Positions 43,296-52,899 of a stretch of DNA of 56,275 nt are shown piece by piece. Where the stretch lies: positions 1 to 56,275 of the forward strand of contig JBBTQL010000002.1 in the NCBI GenBank assembly GCA_038065715.1, written 5' to 3'. Source of the DNA: Patescibacteria group bacterium. GTDB lineage: Bacteria > Patescibacteriota > Minisyncoccia > Minisyncoccales > Staskawiczbacteraceae. Under the pieces are notes generated by a model. The model had not been told where the DNA came from. It saw nothing but the letters and a program-made list of their open reading frames with translations, and ran no database searches. Both the position numbers and the translations under genes were made by a program. Position 1 is the stretch's first letter. Every line of letters begins with the position of its first letter.

Positions 43296-44792
43296 TTATG
43301 TGTTTAATATTTTAATTGCATCATTAATTCTCTTTGAAGTTTTTTCGCGGCCGAGTATATCTGCAATTTCAAACGGACCGGCAGACGCCTGTTTTCCAGA
43401 CAAGGCAACACGCAACGGCCACAATAAAAATCCCCTGTTTTTTTCAGGATATCCTTTTTTATTATTAAACATTACTGCCTCGCCCATTAGCGCTTCCTCT
43501 ATTTTATTAATATCCCATCCTTTCAATTCTGATAGAATTATGTCGCACAATAAAAGCGCCTCTTTAACATCGTTGTCTTGCATATTGTCCCATTTTAATA
43601 AATTTTTATCAAAATTTAATTTGTCTATGAAGAAAAAATCAGATAGTTCTACGATGTCTGATAATTTTTTCATTCTGGTCCTTGAAACCTCAATAATTTT
43701 TTCGAATTTATTCTCTGAAACTTGGCCTGCCACTAAAAGCCCTGCATCTTTAAGATAGGGCTTGCAAAGTTCGGCGAGCTTTTCAACCGGCTTTTCACGG
43801 ATGTAAAAACCATTTATAAAATCTAATCTTTGAATATTAAAAACAGCTCCGCCTTTTTGCGCTTTTTCTATTGAAAATTCTTTTGCCAGCTCTTGCAGTG
43901 AAAAAATTTCTTCTTCAGTGCCGGGATTCCAGCCTAAAAGCGCCATGAAGTTTGTTAATGCCTCTGGCAAATATCCCTGATCATGATAATCTTTTAATGC
44001 AACGTCTCCTTTGCGTTTTGAAAGCTTGCTTCTGTCTGGATTCAGCATTAGGGGCAAATGGGCATATTCTAATTTTTCAAAATCCAATGCCTCTTGCAGC
44101 AGAATTTGCCTTGAAGTATTTGATAAATGCTCTTCTCCTCTGATAACATGGCTTATTTCCATTTCAAAATCATCAACCACAACTGCAAAATGGTATAAAG
44201 GAGCGCTTGTATTTTTGGCAATTACAATATCCCCCATCAAGCCCATATCAAATTCAACATCTTGCCTTATTAAATCTTTAAATTTAACTTTTTTATCTGC
44301 TACCCTAAATCTTATAACCGAAGGCTTGCCCTCTGCTAAATTTTTTTGCGTAATTTCTTCATCTAAACGAGAGCACTTGCCGTCATATTTTGGCGCCACT
44401 CCCCTGCTCATCTGGTCTTGCCGTTTTTCTTCCAGCTCTTCTTCAGAACAGAAACAATAATATGCCTTGTTTTCTGCCATCAGTTTTTTTAAATATTTTT
44501 CATATATTTCTATTCTTTGTGATTGCTTATATGGCCCGAATTTTCCATCAATATCTGGCCCTTCATCCCACTCAATTCCAAGCCATTTTAATTCTTCTAA
44601 TATTTCTTGCGTCCATTTTAATTCAGATCTTTCCAAATCCGTGTCTTCTATGCGCAACACAAATCTGCCGTTATTTTTTTTAGCAAACAAATAATTAAAC
44701 AAAGCAGTTCTTGCTCCTCCCACATGTAAAGGCCCTGTTGGCGAAGGCGCAAATCTTACCCTTATTGATTTTAGTATTTTTTTTGCTGGCAT
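43296..44792 (-). CDS. gltX: Glutamyl-tRNA synthetase
   Basis: RFAPSPTGPLHVGGART (HIGH) and KLSKRKG (KMSKS). Confidence 0.95.
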   Translation of the reverse strand: MPAKKILKSIRVRFAPSPTGPLHVGGARTALFNYLFAKKNNGRFVLRIEDTDLERSELKWTQEILEELKWLGIEWDEGPDIDGKFGPYKQSQRIEIYEKYLKKLMAENKAYYCFCSEEELEEKRQDQMSRGVAPKYDGKCSRLDEEITQKNLAEGKPSVIRFRVADKKVKFKDLIRQDVEFDMGLMGDIVIAKNTSAPLYHFAVVVDDFEMEISHVIRGEEHLSNTSRQILLQEALDFEKLEYAHLPLMLNPDRSKLSKRKGDVALKDYHDQGYLPEALTNFMALLGWNPGTEEEIFSLQELAKEFSIEKAQKGGAVFNIQRLDFINGFYIREKPVEKLAELCKPYLKDAGLLVAGQVSENKFEKIIEVSRTRMKKLSDIVELSDFFFIDKLNFDKNLLKWDNMQDNDVKEALLLCDIILSELKGWDINKIEEALMGEAVMFNNKKGYPEKNRGFLLWPLRVALSGKQASAGPFEIADILGREKTSKRINDAIKILNT

Positions 44793-44805
44793 TTAAAATC
44801 TTAAT

Positions 44806-45921
44806 TTATTGTATCATAAAAAACTCTAAAATTTCCCTGGCAATAGCTTTTGCGGCAAAAGGCTTTGAAAATTTTAATGCCTTTTCTTTCATTTCTTCTA
44901 GTTTTTCTGGATGTAAAAACAAGGAACGGAATTTTTCTAAAAAGAAATTAGGGGTTAAATTATCCTGCTCTATAACTAACGTGGCTCCAGTTTCAGAATA
45001 TGCGTAAGCATTTTTTGCCTGATGGTTAGCCGCGGCCGAAGGTAAAGGAATTAAAATACTGGGCTTGCCCAAGGCCGCTATCTCAAAAATAAAACCAGAA
45101 CCAGAACGGGAAATTATGAAATCTGCCGCCCTATAAGCGTGCTTTAGTTTTTCCTCGTCTAAAAATGCTAAAGGATGATAATATTTTTTTAAGTCTTCAT
45201 TAATTACCACTTCTGATTCTGCCTCGGTTTCCTTTAATTTATCTCTGCCGCAGATATGTATTAACTCAAAATCTTTTAAAAGTTCGTTGAAAATTCTTAT
45301 GACAAAATCGTTAATTGCTTCAGCCCCTTGCGAGCCTCCTAAGAATAAAACTATTGGTTTTTGAAAAGTTAAATCAAACAACTCCCCCGCTCTTTTACTG
45401 TCTCCTTCTAATAATTCTTTTCTTATTGGATTTCCTGTTAAGATTGTTTTATCTAAACTAAAATATTCGGTTTTAGGAAAAGATGTAAAAATTTTCTTCG
45501 CCCACCTTGAAGCAATTCTATTAGATAATCCTGGCGAAATGTCTGATTCGTGCAAAAACAACGGTATTCCTAGAATTTTAGCCCCCAAAGCCACAGAAAT
45601 TGAGCCCGATCCCCCTTTGCTAAAAACCAAATCTGGTTTTATTATTAAAATAAAAAATAAGCTTTGCAAAAAGCCAAAAGGAATTTTAAGTAAAATATCT
45701 ATAAAATTTTGGAAAGAAAAATATCTCCTGATTTTCCCAGATATTATTGTCTTTATTTTAAAATCTTCCTGTGATAATAAAATTAAATTTAGTTCGTCTT
45801 TCGGCCCAATATAATAAAACTCTAAATCTTTTTTAGAATATATCCGCCTAATTTCTCTTGCGATGGCGATTATGGGAAAAATGTGCCCCCCAGTGCCGCC
45901 GCCTGTAAAAACTATTTTCAT
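44806..45921 (-). CDS. murG: UDP-GlcNAc:lipid I transferase MurG
   Basis: MKIVFTGGGTGGHIFP N-terminus. The ORF-track extension to 45969 reads through a repeat and is rejected. Confidence 0.9.
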   Translation of the reverse strand: MKIVFTGGGTGGHIFPIIAIAREIRRIYSKKDLEFYYIGPKDELNLILLSQEDFKIKTIISGKIRRYFSFQNFIDILLKIPFGFLQSLFFILIIKPDLVFSKGGSGSISVALGAKILGIPLFLHESDISPGLSNRIASRWAKKIFTSFPKTEYFSLDKTILTGNPIRKELLEGDSKRAGELFDLTFQKPIVLFLGGSQGAEAINDFVIRIFNELLKDFELIHICGRDKLKETEAESEVVINEDLKKYYHPLAFLDEEKLKHAYRAADFIISRSGSGFIFEIAALGKPSILIPLPSAAANHQAKNAYAYSETGATLVIEQDNLTPNFFLEKFRSLFLHPEKLEEMKEKALKFSKPFAAKAIAREILEFFMIQ

Positions 45922-45926
45922 AATAC

Positions 45927-46127
45927 ATGATGCAAATAATGCTAATGATATGCCAATTATGCAAATCACGCAATATCAGCTTTGCTATTTAAAACTCTTT
46001 TTGGCCTCAAAAACTTTTGGCGAAAATTAACCAAACAATATAATTTATAGAAGAAAAACTCATTTTTTTAAAAATTTTATTCGCAACATTCGCGTCATTC
46101 GCATACCATTCGCATTATTGGCATCAT
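45927..46127. repeat. Imperfect ~50-bp inverted repeats built from GCGAATG-type units, in the murG-ftsW spacer
   Basis: ATGATGCAAATAATGCTAATGATATGCCAATTATGC... (45927-45977) aligns with the reverse complement of 46077-46127 (ATGATGCCAATAATGCGAATGGTATGCGAATGACGC...). Related to 820-870 in intron 1. Confidence 0.75.
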
Positions 46128-46128
46128 G

Positions 46129-47256
46129 TTAAGTATTTTTTGATATGTTTAATAAAATTCCCATGCTGGTTAACTCAACAAATATATGCGAGCCGCCGTA
46201 GCTGAAAAATGGCAAAGGAATGCCGCCTAATGGAATAACCCCCGCAGCAGAACCTATGCTTATAAATGTTTGAATCATTATCCAAGAAGTAATTCCTATG
46301 GCTGTTAATTTTGAAAATTTATCGGTTGACGACCTGGCAATTTTTAATCCTAAATACAGAAAAAATAAAAAAATAATAATTAAAATAATACAACCCAAAA
46401 TGCCGGTTTCTTCGCCCAATATGGCAAAAATAGAATCAGACATTGATTGCGGCAAAAATCCAAACTTTTGGCTGGACATGCCAAGCCCTTTTCCAAAAAA
46501 TCCGCCGGAACCTAATGCAATTAAAGATTGTTTTATTTGAAGCCCCTTTCCTAGGGGGTCTGTTTCTGGATGAAAAAAAGTTGTCAGTCTGGCCATTCTA
46601 TACGGTTCAAGTTTGATAAAAAACAATAATGTGCCTATGCCTCCAGCGATTATTAATAATGTGTGCCAAAAAGGAGTTTTTGCTGAAAAATAAATTGAAA
46701 GCAATGTAAGATTGATAATTCCCAGCGTGGTAATATCTTTTTGAAAAACCATTATTGCCGATATTGCAATTAAAAATATCGCAAAAGGAACAAATATGTG
46801 GATTAATTCATAATAACCTTTTTTTATTGAAAATGCTCGGTCTTTTTTTGAATTTCCCAAAGATTTATTAGACAGCCAAGCAGAAACATACAAAATAGTT
46901 GTGATTTTCAATAATTCTGAAGGCTGTAAAGTGATAATTCCTATATTTATCCAACGTTTTGCCCCCCAAAACTTAGATCCTATGCCCGGTATAAAAACAG
47001 CAATCAAAAGCGCTAAATTTATAAAAATCAGAATTGGCGCCCATTTTTTTAAAATATGAAGAGGAGTTTTAAATGCGACAGCTCCTAAAATCAAACCAAC
47101 TGCTATGGCGGCCAATTGATGGAAAAAATAATAATTAGTTACGCCAAACACCCTAAATGAAGCGGGGGCTGAAAGCGTTGATAAAAATAAAACGCCAAAA
47201 ACAGTTAAAGAAATAACTGTAAAAAACAAATAATAATTAAAATGGTTTTTTGGCAT
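46129..47256 (-). CDS. ftsW: SEDS-family lipid II flippase/polymerase FtsW
   Basis: Ten-TM SEDS pattern with QPSELLKI and SYGGS. Positioned between murD and murG. Confidence 0.88.
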   Translation of the reverse strand: MPKNHFNYYLFFTVISLTVFGVLFLSTLSAPASFRVFGVTNYYFFHQLAAIAVGLILGAVAFKTPLHILKKWAPILIFINLALLIAVFIPGIGSKFWGAKRWINIGIITLQPSELLKITTILYVSAWLSNKSLGNSKKDRAFSIKKGYYELIHIFVPFAIFLIAISAIMVFQKDITTLGIINLTLLSIYFSAKTPFWHTLLIIAGGIGTLLFFIKLEPYRMARLTTFFHPETDPLGKGLQIKQSLIALGSGGFFGKGLGMSSQKFGFLPQSMSDSIFAILGEETGILGCIILIIIFLFFLYLGLKIARSSTDKFSKLTAIGITSWIMIQTFISIGSAAGVIPLGGIPLPFFSYGGSHIFVELTSMGILLNISKNT

Positions 47257-49747
47257 ATTTTTTTACGGCTGACTGAAACTGGTTTCCTTTTTCTTCAAAA
47301 TTTTTCCATAAAGAATAGCTTGGAGATGCGCAGGATAAAAGACACACCCTTCCCTCTTTTGTATGTTTATATGCAAATTTAACCGCTTCTTCCATACTTT
47401 TTACCCTTAAAATATTTAAACTTTTCAATTTCATTCTTTTACCGCTCTCTGGGAAAAGCACAATATTATTTATTTTATATTTTTTTATTGTTTTTTCCAA
47501 GTGTAAAAAATCATATCCCCTATCCTCTCCGCCAAGAAAAATTGTATCAATGTTTTTCAACGACTTTATAGCCATTATTGTTGATTCTGGGGTTGTAGAA
47601 ATTGCATCGTCATAAAATTTAATTCCTTTAAATTCTCCTATAAATTCTAATCTATGAGGAAGGGATTTAAAATTTTTAATTGCCTTTTTAATTGTTTCGT
47701 CAGAAACATTAAACTCTTTAGCAACAGTAATAGCAGCTCTCATATTTTCAATATTATGTTCCCCCAATAAAGGAATATCTGATTTATCTAATAATATTTC
47801 GCTGGTATAAGGAACTGCTTTTGCCATGCAACTGCTTGCCCACTTTTTCAACTCTTTATTTTTTTGATTATAAATAAACAAATCTTTTTTGTTTTGAAAA
47901 TTGATTATATTTTTTTTAGCTTCGTAATAATTTTCAATACCCGAATGGTAATCCATATGTTCTGGAAACAAATTAGTCAAAACTGCGATATTTGGCGAAA
48001 AATCAATATCGTCTAATTGATAGCTTGAAAGCTCTAAAACAAAAATTTCGTCTTCATTTATTGGCTGTAAAAAAATTTCAAGCATTGGATTTCCAATGTT
48101 GCCCAAAAGCTTTACATTTTTTCCAGCTTCTTTTAAAATTGCGTAAATTAAGGAAGCTGTTGTGCTTTTGCCCTTGCTACCAGTGACACCAATAGTTTTA
48201 TTTTTAATTCTTGAGAAAAAAATATTAGTTGCCGTTGTATATGGAATTTTGACTAAATTTTTTTTAATTCCAGGGGTTTTAATAGCAATATCAAATTTTT
48301 TCTGTTTTTCAAGATATTTTTTACCTAACTTTTCGTCGGCAATTCCGATTTTTAAATTTGGAAAATTATTTTCTAAATATTTTTTAGAAATTTTCCCCTC
48401 TTTTCCATAGCCTAAAATTAAAACATTTTTCATGCCAGAAAATCTGAATTGGCTGGGAATATTAAGGCTTTTGCGCGTTGCATATAATTTTTTTATTTCA
48501 CTTTCTTTAATTTTTATTTTATGCAGGAGCTCTTTCACTATCAAATCAGTTTTAAACTTTTTACTTCCCAACTTGAAAGTAGCTTTTGATTCTTCAAATG
48601 TGCCTACACAGTCAAACGGCTTCATTTTTCCTAAACCTAAAATATCTTTAAATAAAGACAAAAGATTTTTATCCTGATACAGATTTTTTTTAAAAACACT
48701 CAAAAGTTCTTCTTTTTGTAAAAAGGCCGATAATAAAGTAAAAGCGAAAACACATTTTGGACACTCTCCACACCAAAGCCCTTCTGTTTTCTTTACCTCT
48801 TCAACCTTAAAATTTTTATTGCAACTAGAAAAATAAGAAAAGTATTTTTTATATTTTAAAAACATTTCTGCTATTCTTATTTCGTAAAATGGCCTTAATA
48901 ATGAAAAATATTTAACATCTGGAGTAATAAAATTATATACATAATCTGAAAACAAACTTTCAAATTCAGATGACTTTGACCATTGATGATTTACTATTTC
49001 TCCCTTGTATTTTATGTTGCCAAAATTACTGCTGTATTCATTTGCAACAACAAAATAAGAATATTTATAAAGCGCTGCGTATAAAATACCTAAAAAACCA
49101 TATATAGCAGATATTGGTATGTGGCCGTCATAATCGTGCTTATCAAATATTTTACTGTCTAAAAAACGCTTAATTTTAAAAAGGTTAACGCCCATTTTTT
49201 TGGCAATGTTATCTGGCAAATCAGTATCTTTTTGCGTTTCTACAAAGAAAGCAGTTACATCAATCCCCTGCTCTTTTAATAATTCAGCTGCCACAATTGA
49301 ATCTTTGCCGCCAGACAAAGCAACTAAGCATTTGTTATTCTTTGGCAAGGAAAATATTTGATATTTTGTTTTTTTATCAAAAGAAAATTTTGGCGATTTA
49401 TTAGGATTTATTTTATTTCTAAAATAAAATTCTCCCAAACCCTGCCTATAAATTGTATTCCAAAAATCAGCCTCTTTTTTAGACAGCGTATAACGAATTT
49501 TTATTTTTGTCGCGCAATAAAACTTATAATAACTAATCCCCAATATTAAGTGCAAACCTTCTAAAATTTTATTCAAAAGATTGGGCGGTATTCCATTTAA
49601 ATCGGGTATTTGCGGCAAGATTATGGTTTCTGTGAATAAAATAGGGTTCTTATCTTTAAATTCCTGCTTGTAATTAAAAAAAATCCTTTTTTGTTCAGGT
49701 TCAAATTCATAAGAAACAAATTCAAAATTTGTAGAATTTTTATTCAT
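47237..49747 (-). CDS. murD: Fusion protein: N-terminal PP-loop ATPase-like domain (about 430 aa) plus C-terminal MurD ligase
   Basis: N-terminal half: ALSGGKDS PP-loop and WCGECPKC. C-terminal half: GVTGSKGKSTT, LELSSYQL, GEHNIENMRAA, LPHRLE. Confidence 0.85.
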   Translation of the reverse strand: MNKNSTNFEFVSYEFEPEQKRIFFNYKQEFKDKNPILFTETIILPQIPDLNGIPPNLLNKILEGLHLILGISYYKFYCATKIKIRYTLSKKEADFWNTIYRQGLGEFYFRNKINPNKSPKFSFDKKTKYQIFSLPKNNKCLVALSGGKDSIVAAELLKEQGIDVTAFFVETQKDTDLPDNIAKKMGVNLFKIKRFLDSKIFDKHDYDGHIPISAIYGFLGILYAALYKYSYFVVANEYSSNFGNIKYKGEIVNHQWSKSSEFESLFSDYVYNFITPDVKYFSLLRPFYEIRIAEMFLKYKKYFSYFSSCNKNFKVEEVKKTEGLWCGECPKCVFAFTLLSAFLQKEELLSVFKKNLYQDKNLLSLFKDILGLGKMKPFDCVGTFEESKATFKLGSKKFKTDLIVKELLHKIKIKESEIKKLYATRKSLNIPSQFRFSGMKNVLILGYGKEGKISKKYLENNFPNLKIGIADEKLGKKYLEKQKKFDIAIKTPGIKKNLVKIPYTTATNIFFSRIKNKTIGVTGSKGKSTTASLIYAILKEAGKNVKLLGNIGNPMLEIFLQPINEDEIFVLELSSYQLDDIDFSPNIAVLTNLFPEHMDYHSGIENYYEAKKNIINFQNKKDLFIYNQKNKELKKWASSCMAKAVPYTSEILLDKSDIPLLGEHNIENMRAAITVAKEFNVSDETIKKAIKNFKSLPHRLEFIGEFKGIKFYDDAISTTPESTIMAIKSLKNIDTIFLGGEDRGYDFLHLEKTIKKYKINNIVLFPESGKRMKLKSLNILRVKSMEEAVKFAYKHTKEGRVCLLSCASPSYSLWKNFEEKGNQFQSAVKKYAKKPF

Positions 49748-49779
49748 AATTCTCTTTAAATTATAACATAAATTGGCTT

Positions 49780-49810
49780 AAAATCAAACTGTCCCGCCAT
49801 GCCGGGACAG
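49780..49810 (-). terminator. Intrinsic terminator
   Basis: CTGTCCCG ... CGGGACAG 8-bp stem with a U-rich tail on the minus strand. Confidence 0.6.
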
Positions 49811-49843
49811 TTTTCATGTTTTTTAAAATTTGTTATTTATTTG

Positions 49844-50818
49844 TTATTTATCAGACGAAAGCCGCCTGAATATAACAATAAATATAAAAATTGCTACAAT
49901 TGCCACTAAAATCCATAAATACCATTCTTTGAAAAAATTCACTATTGTAGCCGCTAAAGACGGCTTTGAGACAGAATTTGTTGAAGATCCTAAAACAGCT
50001 CCAAAGCTTACTGAACTGGAATCTGAATTGCTAATTTTTCCTGACGAGGCATTAACTGTAACTTGTTTCTGGCTTTGAATGTTTATTGTTTGGGTTTTTC
50101 CGTCAAATGTAATAATTTTTGCTATATACGGCTGAATTGCGCTTAAATTTAACCCAGAAAGATTATCCCCTATTCTTAAAATATTATCAACTTTAATATT
50201 ATCCAAATTAGTTATTTCTGAGGGAATATCAGCCTTAAAAATAATGTTTGTTATTGGAGACACTGAATTATTTTTGACAACTGCCATAAAATAAACCTTA
50301 TCGCCAGACGCTAAACTTAAATTTTTCTCCCACTGTAAATTTTGAGCTTCTTTGGATATAAACATAGATACAGATAAAGCATCCGCTTGATTCTGATTCT
50401 GGTCTTGAGTTTGTGGCGGAGTTTGCGGTGGATATTGAGAGGGTGGATTATAAACTGGCTGAATAATAACGCAATTTCCCGATTGGCAAGCTTGGTTTGA
50501 ACTGCAAATTTTTACTAATTCTGTGTCTGTATAGCTGGCGTTCTGGCAGGCATTGAAGGAACAGCCTTTTATATAACAGGTTCTGTCATGAAAAACTCCG
50601 GCTCCAGAACAATAATTAGCGCCGAAATTATTACAATAATTTGTTCCGCAATCTTGATACAGATTTTGCGGCTGGCCATAACTATTAAACCAATAAACAT
50701 TATTATTATAACAACTCAAATAACTTGTTTCTGCAGAAGAAACAAATACGAAACCGAAAATAGCTGCAAAAATAATTACAACAAATATGAGAAATTTTGT
50801 TTTATTTTGGGATTTCAT
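49844..50818 (-). CDS. Secreted Cys-rich protein with a C-terminal TM anchor
   Basis: Signal/TM N-terminus, many Cys in the first 120 aa, a PPQ-rich linker and a C-terminal TM helix. Confidence 0.55.
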   Translation of the reverse strand: MKSQNKTKFLIFVVIIFAAIFGFVFVSSAETSYLSCYNNNVYWFNSYGQPQNLYQDCGTNYCNNFGANYCSGAGVFHDRTCYIKGCSFNACQNASYTDTELVKICSSNQACQSGNCVIIQPVYNPPSQYPPQTPPQTQDQNQNQADALSVSMFISKEAQNLQWEKNLSLASGDKVYFMAVVKNNSVSPITNIIFKADIPSEITNLDNIKVDNILRIGDNLSGLNLSAIQPYIAKIITFDGKTQTINIQSQKQVTVNASSGKISNSDSSSVSFGAVLGSSTNSVSKPSLAATIVNFFKEWYLWILVAIVAIFIFIVIFRRLSSDK

Positions 50819-50853
50819 GTCCGCTTTTTAGTCTATCTAAATTATAAAATCTG

Positions 50854-51915
50854 TCAACCAAGCAAACGTATAGCTATGCCAATTATTGCAAGACCTATGC
50901 CAATAACCCAAAACCGCATTGTAATTTTATAAGCGGGCCAGCCGATTGCCTCAAAATGATGATGAATTGGCGTTGAAAGAAAAACTTTTTTCTTTCTGAA
51001 TTTTTTTGATAAAAGCTGTATTATTACAGATCCTGTTTCTAATACTAAAAGTCCGCCTATAATTGGCAAAACAAATATAGAATCTGTTAAAAAACTGACT
51101 ACCGATAAAACTACAGTAAGGCCTAAAATTCCAGTTTCTCCCATATAAAATCTGGCTGGGGGAATATTAAACCACAAAAAAGCTAATAATGTGCCAGCAA
51201 TTACAGCGCAAAAAGTGGCTAGATCAACCTTGCCTTGAGAAAAAGCAATAATTGTAAAGGCGCCAAACATTGAGGCAAAAGCTCCGCCGGCTAATCCATC
51301 TAACCCATCAATAATTCCTCCAGACCATGTTGCAACTGTAACAAATACAAACAATGGAATATACCAAATGCCAATTGGAAAATTTCCTAAAAGAGGAATA
51401 TGAATGTAATCCCATCCTAATTTTGCAAAAAACCACCAGCCGGCAATTAACCCAATAAGAATTACAAGAAATAGCCGTTTTTTAAAAGAAAGCCCTCCGG
51501 CTATATATTTTCCTTTTCCAAAAACTTGCAAAACGTCGTCAACAAGGCCAAGCAAAGAAGCCGCCACCAATGTAAAAAGAGGAAGCCATGTTTGTGACCT
51601 AGACAAAAAGTTAAATTGAGAAAAAAAGGAATCAGGAAAAATTAAAGAAAGGGCATAAAATAAAAAAATAATAAATATAGTGGTGATCCAAATTAAAAGC
51701 CCGCCCATGCGCGGAACCCTTGTTTCCCTTTCTTTATGCAATTTATTAAAAATTACAGCGTCTTCACCACTAATTGCCTTAATTCTTGCCTCTTTTTTCC
51801 AAAATCTGTATTTATATAAAAAATGAGTAAGCAGCGGGCACCAAATTACGGCTACAATAGAGGCTAATGATGATATTACTAAAACTTTTATAACGTTGAA
51901 AGCAAGTTGTGTCAT
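50854..51915 (-). CDS. mraY: Phospho-MurNAc-pentapeptide translocase MraY
   Basis: Polytopic protein with VPRMGGL, DDV..., IDGLDGLA and HHHFE. Confidence 0.94.
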   Translation of the reverse strand: MTQLAFNVIKVLVISSLASIVAVIWCPLLTHFLYKYRFWKKEARIKAISGEDAVIFNKLHKERETRVPRMGGLLIWITTIFIIFLFYALSLIFPDSFFSQFNFLSRSQTWLPLFTLVAASLLGLVDDVLQVFGKGKYIAGGLSFKKRLFLVILIGLIAGWWFFAKLGWDYIHIPLLGNFPIGIWYIPLFVFVTVATWSGGIIDGLDGLAGGAFASMFGAFTIIAFSQGKVDLATFCAVIAGTLLAFLWFNIPPARFYMGETGILGLTVVLSVVSFLTDSIFVLPIIGGLLVLETGSVIIQLLSKKFRKKKVFLSTPIHHHFEAIGWPAYKITMRFWVIGIGLAIIGIAIRLLG

Positions 51916-51924
51916 TTTTATTTT

Positions 51925-52899
51925 TTAAATTCGCCATTCATAAGCGGCGTTTGTCCAATCAATTATTTTTTTTATTTCTGTAAACCTGTCTTTAGAATTT
52001 AAAATAACATTAATTAAATATCCTTTGTTATTTGAAGCTTTTAAAATTAAAATTAAACACTCCCCCGCCTCTTCATTTGTGCCTGTTTTACTGCCTACAA
52101 TTTTATTTGACCAATCAACAAAAGAATTATCAAGCAGTTGGTTTGTGCTTATAACTTTATGATGAAAAGTGCCGTCCAAATTATTTACTTGAAATTCTTG
52201 ATTTGTTGTAATTTGAAAAATCAATGGATAATCTTCTAATAACTTTTTAGTTAACTTTGCTAAATCTTCAGCAGTTGAATAATTATTTGTATCAGAACCA
52301 ACTGGGTCTGAATAATAAGTGTTTAAAAGCTCAAATTTTTCTGCCATAGCATTCATTAGGCCAACAAATTTTTCTTTGTCCATTACTTCCGAAAGCGCGT
52401 AAGCTGCGCTATTGTCTGATCCAATTAACATAGCTTGCACAAGAGTGTCTGTTGAAAATGTTTCTCCTGCCTTGAAAAGTCCTCCTTGCGCTGCGGCTTT
52501 TTTGCTTATTTTTACCTCTTGCGAAGAATTATAATTTTCTATTGAGATTACAGCTGTCATTAATTTTGTTAAGCTGGCAATCGGCAGTTTTTTGCCCGAG
52601 TTTTTTTCAAAAAGAATTTTTGCTTGACTGCCGTTATCAGTAATATTAACAGAGATTGCTGAAGGCGCATCGATTTCCAAATCTTTTATTTGCCAATTGC
52701 GGGCCGGAAATAAAATTTCTGGATTAGAAACATTATTTATAATACTGGCCAACAAGGATTGGTTGCTATAAGCTGTTTTCCACAAAAAAAACTGCTCTAA
52801 ATTATTGGAAAAAATTTGTGTAAATATCCAAAAAAATCCAACAAATATAAAAATAATAAAACAGAAAACAATGGCTTTGAGTATCTCGTGGTAATTCAT
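51925..52899 (-). CDS. D-alanyl-D-alanine carboxypeptidase (S11, PBP5-like)
   Basis: SLTKLMT (SxxK), SDN (SxN) and KTGT motifs. Confidence 0.85.
   Translation of the reverse strand: MNYHEILKAIVFCFIIFIFVGFFWIFTQIFSNNLEQFFLWKTAYSNQSLLASIINNVSNPEILFPARNWQIKDLEIDAPSAISVNITDNGSQAKILFEKNSGKKLPIASLTKLMTAVISIENYNSSQEVKISKKAAAQGGLFKAGETFSTDTLVQAMLIGSDNSAAYALSEVMDKEKFVGLMNAMAEKFELLNTYYSDPVGSDTNNYSTAEDLAKLTKKLLEDYPLIFQITTNQEFQVNNLDGTFHHKVISTNQLLDNSFVDWSNKIVGSKTGTNEEAGECLILILKASNNKGYLINVILNSKDRFTEIKKIIDWTNAAYEWRI

Noticed and set aside
45922-45969. N-terminal 16-codon extension of murG.
   Set aside because: It reads through the GCGAATG-type repeat. The conserved MKIVFTGGGTGGH N-terminus starts at 45921.
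3977-49549. Numerous 60-150-aa antisense or out-of-frame ORFs inside core genes (for example 3977-4297, 4285-4656, 8763-9008, 11674-12000, 22071-22490, 24852-25214, 31210-31572, 35487-35936, 39023-39544, 43195-43758, 44011-44460, 48162-48677).
   Set aside because: They are fully nested in well-supported conserved genes. Their composition is low-complexity and typical of antisense frames in AT-rich DNA, and they have no independent start signals.
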